A stretch of DNA of 64,000 nt from an uncultured Clostridia bacterium. GTDB taxonomy: Bacteria > Bacillota > Clostridia > Lachnospirales > Bianqueaceae. The stretch lies in contig CALWBZ010000031.1 of NCBI GenBank assembly GCA_944376225.1, forward strand, positions 2,166 to 66,165. Direction: 5' to 3'. The position numbers and the translations under genes were made by a program. The notes under the pieces were generated by a model. That model ran no database searches. It was not told where the DNA came from and saw only the letters and a program-made list of their open reading frames with translations. Of this stretch, positions 47,041 through 55,685 are shown one piece after another (positions within the stretch are counted from its first letter, which is position 1; each line of letters begins with the position of its first letter).

Positions 47041-47935
47041 ATTCTTCAAATACCTCCTCCCGGAGGTTCCAATCGATATTGCCAAGGAGCAGGACGGATC
47101 CCTGAAAACGCATTCCCACGCTGGGATACCCTTCCAGATCCTTGGGGTTGATAAAGACGGTATAAGGTTTTCCGATGATGCTGAGTTCAAATTCGTAGAC
47201 CCATTCCTCCGTATAAGAGTTTAGGATTTTATGAATCGCCCGAATCGTGCCCAAAACCGTAAAAGAGCCGTAGATTTCCGCGTTCGCGGGAAGAATCAGG
47301 CCATCTATGATAGAATACACATCTTCGTCTTGCAGCCGTTTCTCGATATCCTCCCAAGCGGCCCGATCTTCTTGTTCCAGTTCCTGTCTTGCCCTTAGAT
47401 CGCCGGAGGCGGCCCTTCTGGAGAGCTCGTCCATATATTCCTCCTGATCCAAGTAAGCCGCCTCGTCTTCGGCGGAACTCTGCGTATTGAGAAGAATTTG
47501 TCCCGAAATAGAAAGACCGTATACATAAACGTTTAAGATATCCGGCCCTTTGGAAGCGTATCTTTTCGCCTGGATCAGATTCGATACAAACAGATCGATG
47601 GGACTGCCTGTTTCCAGATGATCGCCGATCAATATAGGCATCATCTCATCGGAAAAATCGATTTGCCAGGCGTCGATCGGAACAAGGTTCCGGTACGACC
47701 GGGCGACGGGAAGAAGGGATTCAACAAAAATCCTGTTTTCTGAGATCTTTCCTCGAAGGATCAAGGTAAACGGATCCATGTCCAGATAGAATTCGGCCAT
47801 TTTTTCTCCGGTTTCCGGATTTGTAACGGTATCCATGGATAAGTCCTGGGAATGAAAGCTGGATAGAAGAAAGGATTGAAACTTCTTTTTATCGATATAT
47901 TCACTCATGCCGATGGCGGAAAGGTATCGAAACAT
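47039..47935 (-). CDS. hypothetical protein (possibly DUF3881-like, unverified)
   Basis: 298 aa with an acidic central coiled segment. The N-terminal MFRYLSAIGMSEY resembles my memory of DUF3881. No catalytic motif recognised. Confidence 0.6.
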   Translation of the reverse strand: MFRYLSAIGMSEYIDKKKFQSFLLSSFHSQDLSMDTVTNPETGEKMAEFYLDMDPFTLILRGKISENRIFVESLLPVARSYRNLVPIDAWQIDFSDEMMPILIGDHLETGSPIDLFVSNLIQAKRYASKGPDILNVYVYGLSISGQILLNTQSSAEDEAAYLDQEEYMDELSRRAASGDLRARQELEQEDRAAWEDIEKRLQDEDVYSIIDGLILPANAEIYGSFTVLGTIRAIHKILNSYTEEWVYEFELSIIGKPYTVFINPKDLEGYPSVGMRFQGSVLLLGNIDWNLREEVFEE

Positions 47936-47944
47936 ATGATCCTC

Positions 47945-48631
47945 CTATTCTCTCACCATGATATAGACGGATGTGATTTGCCCGTCTAAAGAAGCTTGCA
48001 CCTCGAAAATCCCGGGTATGGAAGGGGCGGTATATACGCCTTCCGGCGTGATGCTGCCTCCAAAGGGTTCTCGAATCGTCCAAGCGGGCGTTCCTCCCGT
48101 TTTCGGCATCACAAGATAGAAACGGAAGGATTCCCCCGTACGCAGAACCCGGGGCGCGTTGGCGATATAGAAAGCATTTTCATCCACATCTTCTCTAAGC
48201 TCCTGCTCTTCCATGACGGGTTCCGGCAAGATCGCGGCGGGGCGAGTCTTCGGTTCCAGCCGGGAAGCGCGCCAGGAAACCTGAAGCCGGGAACAGGAGG
48301 TGTTTTCTTTCAGACAAACGCCGATCTGAAAGACGCCTTGACCGCGATATAAAACGGCTCCCAATTTCACGGCGGGAATGCCGGGAATATAAGAGGATTC
48401 GGAGAAGGCGTCCACGTCTCCGAAAACAAATTGCGTATCTTCGCCTTGAACAAGCCCCTCTTCATAGCCGCCGGGATCCAGAAGAGCGAGGGATAAATGA
48501 ACGTCTCCTTCTCCTAAACCGTGGGGAATCTTGGGACTATAAAAACAGCGGCCGCGATAACCGCCCCCCTCCAGCAAGATGGTCACGGTTCCCTGGGTCA
48601 CGGTTTCCTGAAAAAAGACATCCTGCGGCAT
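47945..48631 (-). CDS. hypothetical protein with an Ig-like C-terminal segment
   Basis: 228 aa. Strong RBS GAAGGGAGGGG. No signal peptide. The C-terminal ~80 aa look like a bacterial Ig-like domain (YTAPSIPGIFEVQASLDG). Confidence 0.6.
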   Translation of the reverse strand: MPQDVFFQETVTQGTVTILLEGGGYRGRCFYSPKIPHGLGEGDVHLSLALLDPGGYEEGLVQGEDTQFVFGDVDAFSESSYIPGIPAVKLGAVLYRGQGVFQIGVCLKENTSCSRLQVSWRASRLEPKTRPAAILPEPVMEEQELREDVDENAFYIANAPRVLRTGESFRFYLVMPKTGGTPAWTIREPFGGSITPEGVYTAPSIPGIFEVQASLDGQITSVYIMVRE

Positions 48632-48749
48632 GATACCCCTCCCTTCGTCTTCTAAACCTTAAAGTGAATCCGTATTATTGTAGCCTTTTTTGAATCAGAA
48701 TGCAAGCCCTTCGGGCAAAAGTGTTTACGATTTCGTAAGGGTACCAGGG

Positions 48750-48778
48750 TTGAAAAAGAAAATCCCCTATGCTATAAT
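48750..48778 (+). promoter_or_regulatory. sigma-A type promoter-like element
   Basis: TTGAAA 48750-48755, 17-nt spacer, TGcTATAAT ending at 48778. It conflicts with ATG 48777 as a start codon. Confidence 0.4.
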
Positions 48779-49241
48779 GAAAACGCTAAAAACGTATGCC
48801 GCTTGGCAGAGGGAAAGGGAGGTTTCGGCGACGGAATTCACAAGAGTGAAAAAGGGATACTGTCCGGAAGAGGTGGAAAAGGAGATCCGGCGCCTGGAAC
48901 AAAAAATCGGGGAACAGGAACGAGAGCTGACCGCTTACCGTGATAGGCAGGATCAGATTCATAAGGACGCGGTGGAGGCGAAAATCAAGGCGGATCTGAT
49001 CGTAGAAGAAGCGCAGCGCAAGGCGGATCGGCTGCAAAAAGAGGCGGTGGAAGAGCTGCGAAGTATCCGGAGCGAGGCGTTAGGGATGAGAGATCTGATC
49101 GAGGCTTTTCAAAACGAATACAATCAGCTGCTAAGGCAGTATCTGATCAAAATACGAACGGATGAGTTTTCGGCCCTAATGGACAGGCTGGGAAGCCTCA
49201 TCGACAAGACAGGCGGAGACCATCAATCAAAGGAGGAATAA
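48777..49241 (+). CDS. DivIVA-domain-like coiled-coil protein (start uncertain)
   Basis: EFTRVKKGYCPEEVEKEI matches the DivIVA N-terminal F-x5-GY-x2-EEV pattern, followed by a long coiled coil. Start candidates are 48690 (TTG), 48777 (ATG) and 48846 (GTG). Confidence 0.5.
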   Translation: MKTLKTYAAWQREREVSATEFTRVKKGYCPEEVEKEIRRLEQKIGEQERELTAYRDRQDQIHKDAVEAKIKADLIVEEAQRKADRLQKEAVEELRSIRSEALGMRDLIEAFQNEYNQLLRQYLIKIRTDEFSALMDRLGSLIDKTGGDHQSKEE

Positions 49242-49243
49242 GA

Positions 49244-49846
49244 ATGGATATTATCATGATTGTATTACTGCTGGCGGAACTGTTTCTTCTGATGAGAAAC
49301 ATTGCTTCTCGAGCCGAGATGAACCGTTTGAAAGAAGAAGCGGTCGTCGCACATGAAGACAAAAGGACTTGGGTGAGGGTATGCCGTATCTTATGCGCGA
49401 TCGGAGCCGTTGCCGTAGCGGCTATGATCGGCGTATTTATCGTCAAGGGGGAGACCATGTTATTGGAAGGCGGCCTTTTCAGCTGGCTGGCCCTCGTCAT
49501 GGCTTTCGCCTTTTTCGCGGTAACTCCTTACAGCCTACATGAATGGGTCATTACCGAAAAGGGAATATTTATCTACAATGTGGGGCAGTTAATCCCCTGG
49601 GGACAGGTGATCACCACAGGAGTGCAGAACGGAAAGCGTATGAAGAAAGTGGTCATTCAGATCAAAAAGGAGCAGGGAGAGGTCTTTAAGACCCGCTATC
49701 AGATGATCGGGATGGAGGACTTACAGGAGGCTGAGCGGATTAGCGAGTTGATTCGTCAGTTTGTCCACGCCTTAGATCGAAAGAAGATGTATAAGAAGAC
49801 GGTAGAAGAAAGGGCGACGGATCTGAAGAAACGTCGTTGGTTTTGA
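49244..49846 (+). CDS. membrane protein, three TM helices plus a small cytoplasmic (PH-like?) domain
   Basis: RBS AGGAGG, with the ATG 2 nt after the previous stop. No family confidently recognised. Confidence 0.6.
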   Translation: MDIIMIVLLLAELFLLMRNIASRAEMNRLKEEAVVAHEDKRTWVRVCRILCAIGAVAVAAMIGVFIVKGETMLLEGGLFSWLALVMAFAFFAVTPYSLHEWVITEKGIFIYNVGQLIPWGQVITTGVQNGKRMKKVVIQIKKEQGEVFKTRYQMIGMEDLQEAERISELIRQFVHALDRKKMYKKTVEERATDLKKRRWF

Positions 49847-49851
49847 GGTGT

Positions 49852-51204
49852 ATGATGAGAGTTTGGGATGTTACGGAGTACGGAACGCGCTCGGACGGTG
49901 TGACCAACGACGCTCCGGCGATTCAGAAGGCGATAGATGACTGCGCCGCGGCGGGAGGCGGACGGGTTTTGGTTCCCGCGGGCCGGTATCTGTGCGGAAC
50001 GATAGAGTTGAAAAATGACGTGGAACTCCATCTTAGCCGAGGAGCTTCCCTCATGGCGAGCCTGAATAAAGAAGATATCCGTATTACTCCCTGTCCGGAC
50101 GGGGCAGAGGAAGATTCGGGATATTTTATCGGCGCCCTGCACGTCAAGGGCGTATCCATTACCGGCGACGGGGAGATATACGGACAGGGATATAAGGTCA
50201 TGCGGGACGACGGGGCGGACGGCGAGTGGCACGAATGTCCGTTGATGGTGGACGGATTCCGTCCGCGGCTTACCTATTTCGAGGATGTGGAGGATCTGAG
50301 AATACAGAATGTTACATTTCGGGATTCTGCCCTCTGGACCCTTCACATGGCGGGATGCCGCAGAGTAAAAGTGCAGGGAATCCAGATTCTGAACCACAGG
50401 AGAGGAGCCAACAACGACGGGATCGACCCGGATTCCTGTCAGGACGTGGTGATTTCGGATTGCATGATCGAGACGGGGGATGATGCCATCGTCGTCAAGA
50501 CCACGAAGCCGATGACCGAACGGTATGGTCCCTGCGAGAACATTCTGATTCGGGATTGTATACTGGCCTCCCATGATTCGGCCCTTAAGATCGGTACGGA
50601 GACTCACGGGGATATTCGGAATATAATCATGTCGGATTGTATTGTGCGAGATTGTTCCCGGGGAATCGGCATCTGGGTGAGGGACGGCGGCACGGTGGAG
50701 AATATTCAGGTGCATCATATCATGGGCGCGGTACGGCGGTACGCCAATTCCGGCGAGAGATCCTTCGCGCCGGACTGGTGGGGGAAGGGAGATCCCATAT
50801 TCCTATCGGCCACTTTTAGAAAAGGATCGTCCGGCCCTATCGGGAAAATACGAAACGTATATTTTGATCACATAAGAATGGATGCGGAATCCAGTATATT
50901 CCTGCGGGGAGAGAAAGAAAGTAATATACAAAACGTATATTTTCAAGATGTAGAAATTACGATGAAAAAACAGGGAACGCAGGAGGCGGGATATTTTGAC
51001 GAGCAACCCTCGGAACGAGGCGTGTACGCCCATGAGATTCCGGCTATATATGCGCAATGCGCCCGGGACCTGTCTTTTCAAAATATGAAGATCCATTGGA
51101 CAAAGGACAGGCATGCCAGTTGGACGTCGGGCATACAGACGGTGGATTGTCAAAACATAAGAGTGGAGGGCATGGTAGAAAGCGTAGAGGAGCCGCTCCG
51201 ATAA
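49852..51204 (+). CDS. glycoside hydrolase family 28 (polygalacturonase-like, right-handed beta-helix)
   Basis: N-terminal DVTEYG...DDAPAIQKAIDDCAAAGGGRVLVPAG, plus NNDGIDPDS and TGDDAIVVK motifs. No signal peptide. Confidence 0.8.
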   Translation: MMRVWDVTEYGTRSDGVTNDAPAIQKAIDDCAAAGGGRVLVPAGRYLCGTIELKNDVELHLSRGASLMASLNKEDIRITPCPDGAEEDSGYFIGALHVKGVSITGDGEIYGQGYKVMRDDGADGEWHECPLMVDGFRPRLTYFEDVEDLRIQNVTFRDSALWTLHMAGCRRVKVQGIQILNHRRGANNDGIDPDSCQDVVISDCMIETGDDAIVVKTTKPMTERYGPCENILIRDCILASHDSALKIGTETHGDIRNIIMSDCIVRDCSRGIGIWVRDGGTVENIQVHHIMGAVRRYANSGERSFAPDWWGKGDPIFLSATFRKGSSGPIGKIRNVYFDHIRMDAESSIFLRGEKESNIQNVYFQDVEITMKKQGTQEAGYFDEQPSERGVYAHEIPAIYAQCARDLSFQNMKIHWTKDRHASWTSGIQTVDCQNIRVEGMVESVEEPLR

Positions 51205-51237
51205 AATTTAGTCAAGATAGAAAGAAGCGAGGTAGCA

Positions 51238-52428
51238 ATGTTTTTTGTTTTCGCGGGAGGATACCTCTTATTGGCGGCCTGGCTGTATGTATACAGCATG
51301 CGCTGGGCGGGGGACGTACTTGGTTTTTTCAAAAGGATGCCCGGTCGGATTCTGTACGGAATCTTCTTCTGGTTCATCGCCGTTTCCATGATTCTGGCTT
51401 ATTTCTCACCGGCGGGGCCTCTCAAGGACTTCTGGATGGTTCTGCGCAATTCCTGGCTGGGATTCGCGGCGTACGCGGTTCAGATCTGGATTCTCCTTCG
51501 TATCATACAATGGATTCTAATTCGTGCGAAACGAATTACAAAGGAAGATACGCGGCGTAGATCCTACCGCGTCGCTTTCGGTTTGATCCTAGTGCTTTCC
51601 GCCGCGGCGATCAATCTCTATGGCATCATTCATGCAAGACAAACGGAGAGGGAGTATTATCAGGTTTCCATTGAGAAAGACGGAGGAAACCTTGAGAATC
51701 TGCGAATCGCGATGGTAGCGGATCTGCATCTGGGTTATAACATCGGGTATTCGGAGATTGAAAAGATGGTGGGGATTATTAACGAGGAAAACGTGGATAT
51801 CGTTCTCGTTTGCGGCGATATCTTCGATAATGATTTTGACGCCATCTCTAATCCTCAGGGGATAAGAGATCTGTTTCAAAGCATCGAGAGCAAATACGGC
51901 GTGTATGCCTGCTATGGCAATCACGATGTGGCGGAATCCACGCTGGGCGGGTTTACCCTGGAAGACGAAAGCATACCGAAAACCAGCGACATCTACATGG
52001 ATATGTTCTTGGAAGAGGCGGGGGTACAGCTTCTTGAGGATGAGAGCATCCTGATCGACGATTCTTTTTATCTTGTGGGGCGGCGGGATTACAGCTCGGA
52101 GAAGAAAGCGAAACAGACCCGCCTGAGTCCTCAGGATCTTGTAGCGTCTCTGGATCATTCTAAGCCGATCATCGTCATGGATCATCAGCCCAAGGAATTG
52201 CAGGAATTGGCGGATGCCGGTGTGGATTTGGATTTATGCGGTCATACCCATGACGGACAGATCTTTCTCGGAAATCTTTTGATCAATTTGGCTTGGGAGA
52301 ATGCCTGCGGATATCTGCAAAAAGGGGATATGCACAATATCGTCACGTCGGGGCTTGGGCTCTGGGGACCCAATCTCCGGGTGGGAACAAACAGTGAAGT
52401 CTGCATTATCGACGTAGACTTTGCATAA
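51238..52428 (+). CDS. membrane-anchored metallophosphoesterase
   Basis: DLHLG, GDIFD, GNHD and GHTHDGQ motifs after about 4 TM helices. Confidence 0.85.
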   Translation: MFFVFAGGYLLLAAWLYVYSMRWAGDVLGFFKRMPGRILYGIFFWFIAVSMILAYFSPAGPLKDFWMVLRNSWLGFAAYAVQIWILLRIIQWILIRAKRITKEDTRRRSYRVAFGLILVLSAAAINLYGIIHARQTEREYYQVSIEKDGGNLENLRIAMVADLHLGYNIGYSEIEKMVGIINEENVDIVLVCGDIFDNDFDAISNPQGIRDLFQSIESKYGVYACYGNHDVAESTLGGFTLEDESIPKTSDIYMDMFLEEAGVQLLEDESILIDDSFYLVGRRDYSSEKKAKQTRLSPQDLVASLDHSKPIIVMDHQPKELQELADAGVDLDLCGHTHDGQIFLGNLLINLAWENACGYLQKGDMHNIVTSGLGLWGPNLRVGTNSEVCIIDVDFA

Positions 52429-52483
52429 AAGGGAGCGAAAGCGTTCATACTGTATCTGTAGACATTGATTCAGGAGGCAGAGT

Positions 52484-52699
52484 ATGAGCGCGAAGAAAGA
52501 GAACAAGAAGAAAAAGAATCCGCTGCTGGATGTACCCATTATGCAGCATATCGAATCGGAGGATCCCCAGAGACCCTATCCTTCACTGGAAGATATGGGA
52601 ATCAGTTCTTCCAGCGACTGCACAGGATTGATCCCGAGTATGCCGAAGTCCGAAGCGGAGTTGGAGAACTATAAAAACATGTATCATTTTGAGCCTTAA
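52484..52699 (+). CDS. small hypothetical protein (71 aa)
   Basis: AGGAGG lies 7 nt before the ATG. Lys-rich N-terminus. Followed by a clean terminator. Confidence 0.5.
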   Translation: MSAKKENKKKKNPLLDVPIMQHIESEDPQRPYPSLEDMGISSSSDCTGLIPSMPKSEAELENYKNMYHFEP

Positions 52700-52716
52700 A
52701 GGCCAAATTGCGAAAA

Positions 52717-52750
52717 GTGGCAGAAACATGGTGAATCTGCCGCTTTTTTT
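52717..52750 (+). terminator. intrinsic terminator
   Basis: GTGGCAGA-11 nt-TCTGCCGC followed by TTTTTTT. Confidence 0.7.
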
Positions 52751-52759
52751 GTTTTGCTC

Positions 52760-52788
52760 TTGACAGGGGCTGGAGCTTGGGGTACATT
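52760..52788 (+). promoter_or_regulatory. sigma-A type promoter-like element
   Basis: TTGACA 52760-52765, 17-nt spacer, TACATT 52783-52788. Confidence 0.45.
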
Positions 52789-52831
52789 GAGTATATCAAC
52801 CGGACTTCGTCCGAAGATAGAGGAGGAAACC

Positions 52832-54202
52832 ATGATTCAATCTGCAATGCATACGACAAAACTGAGAGTGCAGCCCCTGGTAGGCTTTTTACAGCATTCC
52901 GATGTGTGGGAGGGCCCCTGCCGGGCGGGAAAATGGGAGGCGCTGAAGCCCGAGGCGGAGAAGGAATGGGCGAAGAAGATGTTTCCGCAATTTGTGGATC
53001 AGCTTAAGGATGTGATCGATCAGGTGGAGATTCTGGAACCCCTGGCCGTCCCTTATCTGGAGAATATGACGGTATCCCAGGAGTTATGGGACAATATCGA
53101 GGCTATGCTGCCCCAGACGGATCTTTTCCTCGTCATGTGCTACCGGATTCCTAAGTTGGAACGGTATCGGAAGACGACGGTGGTTTTCAGCAACGGAAAC
53201 GAGGGAGCCGATGTATGCGCTTATTATCGTTCGATCGGGATCGAGGCGTATAACGCGATCGATATTCCGGATCTAAACGAGATTCTGCACGCCATGTGGG
53301 TCCGCAAATGTATCGCGAATACTAGAGCCCTGGTTTTGACCAGCGGTCAAGTTCCTACATACGGTATCCAAAGCAATATCCGGGATTTAGAATATCTGCG
53401 TCGTCAATACGGTTTCGAGGTCATCAAACTGCCGTATAAAGAGATCTTTCCTTATATGGATCGGGTGGATGAGGAAGAAGCCAGGCGGATTGCGGATCGT
53501 CTCCTGGAAGGATCCAAAGACACCAAGGTGAATCCCGAGTATCTGATCAATGACACCAAGTATTTCCTGGCCGCCCAGGATATGATGAAACAATACGGAT
53601 GCAACGCCTTTTCGACCGCCTGCATCGAGTTGTGCGCCTCCAGAATCCCCCAGGAACGCAAATTCACGCCCTGCATCACTCATTCTTTAATGAAGGCCGC
53701 CGGTATTCCCAGCACCTGTGAAGAGGACATGAACGCGATGATGGCCATGATGGTGCTCATGTATGGCAGCGGTAAATCCGCCTTTATGGGCAATCCTTTC
53801 TTAAAGTCTCCGGAGATCGTAGGCGTGCATCACGCGGTACCCGCGCTGAAAATGAACGGACTCGATAAGCCGGATCTGGAATACAGCCTCTGGGCGTTTA
53901 CGGGACAGGGATTCGGAGGGAAGCTCCAGGTGGATTTCGCCCAGAACGACGACGAATACGTCACCCTGGGACGCTTTAATCCCATGGGAAATAAGATGGT
54001 CGTTAAGCGAGGAAAGGTGCTTCAATCCGAGTTTAAGCGGTATTATTGCAGTCCCGATTACCATATCCAGATTGAAAACGGGAGGGATTGGCTCCACACC
54101 TTGGCGGATTTTGGGCATCATCAGGTACTGGTCTTCGGCGATCAGATCGATATGGTCTGCCGCGTAGCCAGGATGATGGGATTCGAGGTCGTCAAGGGTT
54201 GA
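52832..54202 (+). CDS. uncharacterised protein, distant FucI/AraA-superfamily-like
   Basis: ATG 52832 follows AGAGGAGGA. 456 aa. The PSTCEEDMNAMMAMMVL segment resembles the isomerase acid-pair region. The assignment is tentative. Confidence 0.55.
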   Translation: MIQSAMHTTKLRVQPLVGFLQHSDVWEGPCRAGKWEALKPEAEKEWAKKMFPQFVDQLKDVIDQVEILEPLAVPYLENMTVSQELWDNIEAMLPQTDLFLVMCYRIPKLERYRKTTVVFSNGNEGADVCAYYRSIGIEAYNAIDIPDLNEILHAMWVRKCIANTRALVLTSGQVPTYGIQSNIRDLEYLRRQYGFEVIKLPYKEIFPYMDRVDEEEARRIADRLLEGSKDTKVNPEYLINDTKYFLAAQDMMKQYGCNAFSTACIELCASRIPQERKFTPCITHSLMKAAGIPSTCEEDMNAMMAMMVLMYGSGKSAFMGNPFLKSPEIVGVHHAVPALKMNGLDKPDLEYSLWAFTGQGFGGKLQVDFAQNDDEYVTLGRFNPMGNKMVVKRGKVLQSEFKRYYCSPDYHIQIENGRDWLHTLADFGHHQVLVFGDQIDMVCRVARMMGFEVVKG

Positions 54203-54203
54203 T

Positions 54204-55337
54204 ATGATCTATCTTAATCACGCCGCCACCGGTTTTCCGAAACCGGAGGCGGTGATTCATGCTATGGAAGAGGCGATGCTCCGACCGCCGGCAGGCCAGT
54301 ACCGCAGCTTTTCCGACGGTGAAGCAGCGGAAGAAGTCACTCCCCGTCTTCGCGGCCGTATGGCGAGGATCTTGGGCGTCTCTTCGCCGGAGCGGATCTT
54401 CTTCACTTCCGGAGCGACCGAGTCCCTGAATATGATGATTCGGGGACTGGATTTAACCCGGGACAGGGTTTTTGTCAGCGCGGCGGAACATAATTCCGTA
54501 CTGCGTCCCCTGTATAATGGGGGCGCCGGGGAAATCCGCGTGATTCCTTGCCGTCCGGACGGACACGTGGAGGAGGATAGGCTTAGGGAAATGCTGAAAG
54601 ACTCTCCAAAAGCTGTCTTTATCAACCATTGTTCCAACGTGACGGGAGCGGTACAGGATCTTTCCGCCATCAGTCGGTGGGTACACGAGGCCGGCGGCAT
54701 TCTTATCGCCGACTTGTCCCAGTCTGCCGGGACGATTCCCTTGCGTTTAGAAGAAGACGGCGTGGATATCGGTATCTTTACCGGTCATAAGGGGCTGTTG
54801 GGACCGCAGGGGACGGGAGGATTTTATATCCGGCCGAATCTCCATGTAAAGCCCCTTTTTTATGGAGGGACAGGCAGGGATAGCCAGAGGCTCGTATATG
54901 ACGAAACTTGGGAAGGGTATGAGGTGGGGACGCGGAACGAGCCGGGACTGGCGGGCTTATTAGCCGGTGTGGAAACGGTTCTTTCACAGGGTGTAAATGA
55001 TATATACAAATTGGAGAACAAACGTATCTCCAGTCTATACCGAAGAATAAAAGAAATCCCGGGGATTCGCCTATACGCTCCCAATCCGCCGGAAGGGCCG
55101 ATTCTCAGTTTTTCTCTGGAGGGACTGACGCCCCAAGATACCGCCTATATCTTGTATCACGGGTATCATATCGTCACGCGAGTGGGCTGGCACTGTGCGC
55201 CTCTTCTGAAAGAGGCTCTTTCGTGTCCTTCCTCGGGAAGCGTAAGAGTCAGCGTAGGTATCACAACCACGGAAGAGGAGATAGAAGCCCTTGAGAGGGC
55301 GTTAAAGGAAATGACCGGAGGGGAGGAGAGGCCGTGA
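54204..55337 (+). CDS. class V aminotransferase, cysteine desulfurase-like
   Basis: PLP Lys in FTGHKGL and an active-site Cys loop RVGWHCAP. 377 aa. Confidence 0.85.
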   Translation: MIYLNHAATGFPKPEAVIHAMEEAMLRPPAGQYRSFSDGEAAEEVTPRLRGRMARILGVSSPERIFFTSGATESLNMMIRGLDLTRDRVFVSAAEHNSVLRPLYNGGAGEIRVIPCRPDGHVEEDRLREMLKDSPKAVFINHCSNVTGAVQDLSAISRWVHEAGGILIADLSQSAGTIPLRLEEDGVDIGIFTGHKGLLGPQGTGGFYIRPNLHVKPLFYGGTGRDSQRLVYDETWEGYEVGTRNEPGLAGLLAGVETVLSQGVNDIYKLENKRISSLYRRIKEIPGIRLYAPNPPEGPILSFSLEGLTPQDTAYILYHGYHIVTRVGWHCAPLLKEALSCPSSGSVRVSVGITTTEEEIEALERALKEMTGGEERP

Positions 55338-55627
55338 AAGTTCTTCGCATAGAGGAATCGAGAGAACCCTGCGCGGAATCGGGGTGGTACGCCTACGATC
55401 TGTTTCTTTCCCGAAAGATAGAGAAGGAAGACATTCTTTCCCTGGGCTCTCATGGGGATTTGACCTATCTTGCGCAGCTTAAGACGCCCTTTTACAAACT
55501 GAATCAGCCCTATTTTTATATACAGGGACTGGAAGGAACCGCGGAACTGCGGATCGCCGTGTTCTTGGAGGCGGAAAAAGAGGTCATGGAGGAAGTGACC
55601 GGTTGGATTGGGCAATGGAAGGAATGA
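55334..55627 (+). CDS. hypothetical 97-aa protein, translationally coupled to the desulfurase-like gene
   Basis: GTG 55334 overlaps the TGA (GTGA). RBS GGAGGAGAGG. Single Cys (EPCAESG). Confidence 0.55.
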   Translation: MKVLRIEESREPCAESGWYAYDLFLSRKIEKEDILSLGSHGDLTYLAQLKTPFYKLNQPYFYIQGLEGTAELRIAVFLEAEKEVMEEVTGWIGQWKE

Positions 55628-55644
55628 GCCCTTATCTTCTTTCA

Positions 55645-55684
55645 TAAAAACGGGGCGTTGCCGGAAAAGCAGCGCCCCGTTATT
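55645..55684. terminator. bidirectional intrinsic terminator
   Basis: AAAAACGGGGCGTTGC-7 nt-GCAGCGCCCCGTT, flanked by an A-run and a T-rich run. Confidence 0.65.
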
Positions 55685-55685
55685 G

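Noticed and set aside
50651-50666. GTTCCCGGGGAATC, a palindrome-like sequence resembling a Noc-binding site (ATTTCCCGGGAAAT)
   Set aside because: It has an extra G and poor flanks, and it lies inside the GH28 coding sequence. That is not enough to call a Noc-binding site.
49756-50718. 320-aa ORF antisense to the GH28 gene. Similar long antisense ORFs occur at 887-1804, 29420-30208, 37485-38306, 41123-41899 and 59249-60208.
   Set aside because: Each overlaps a gene with clear family motifs on the other strand. None has a credible start context. They are treated as shadow ORFs.
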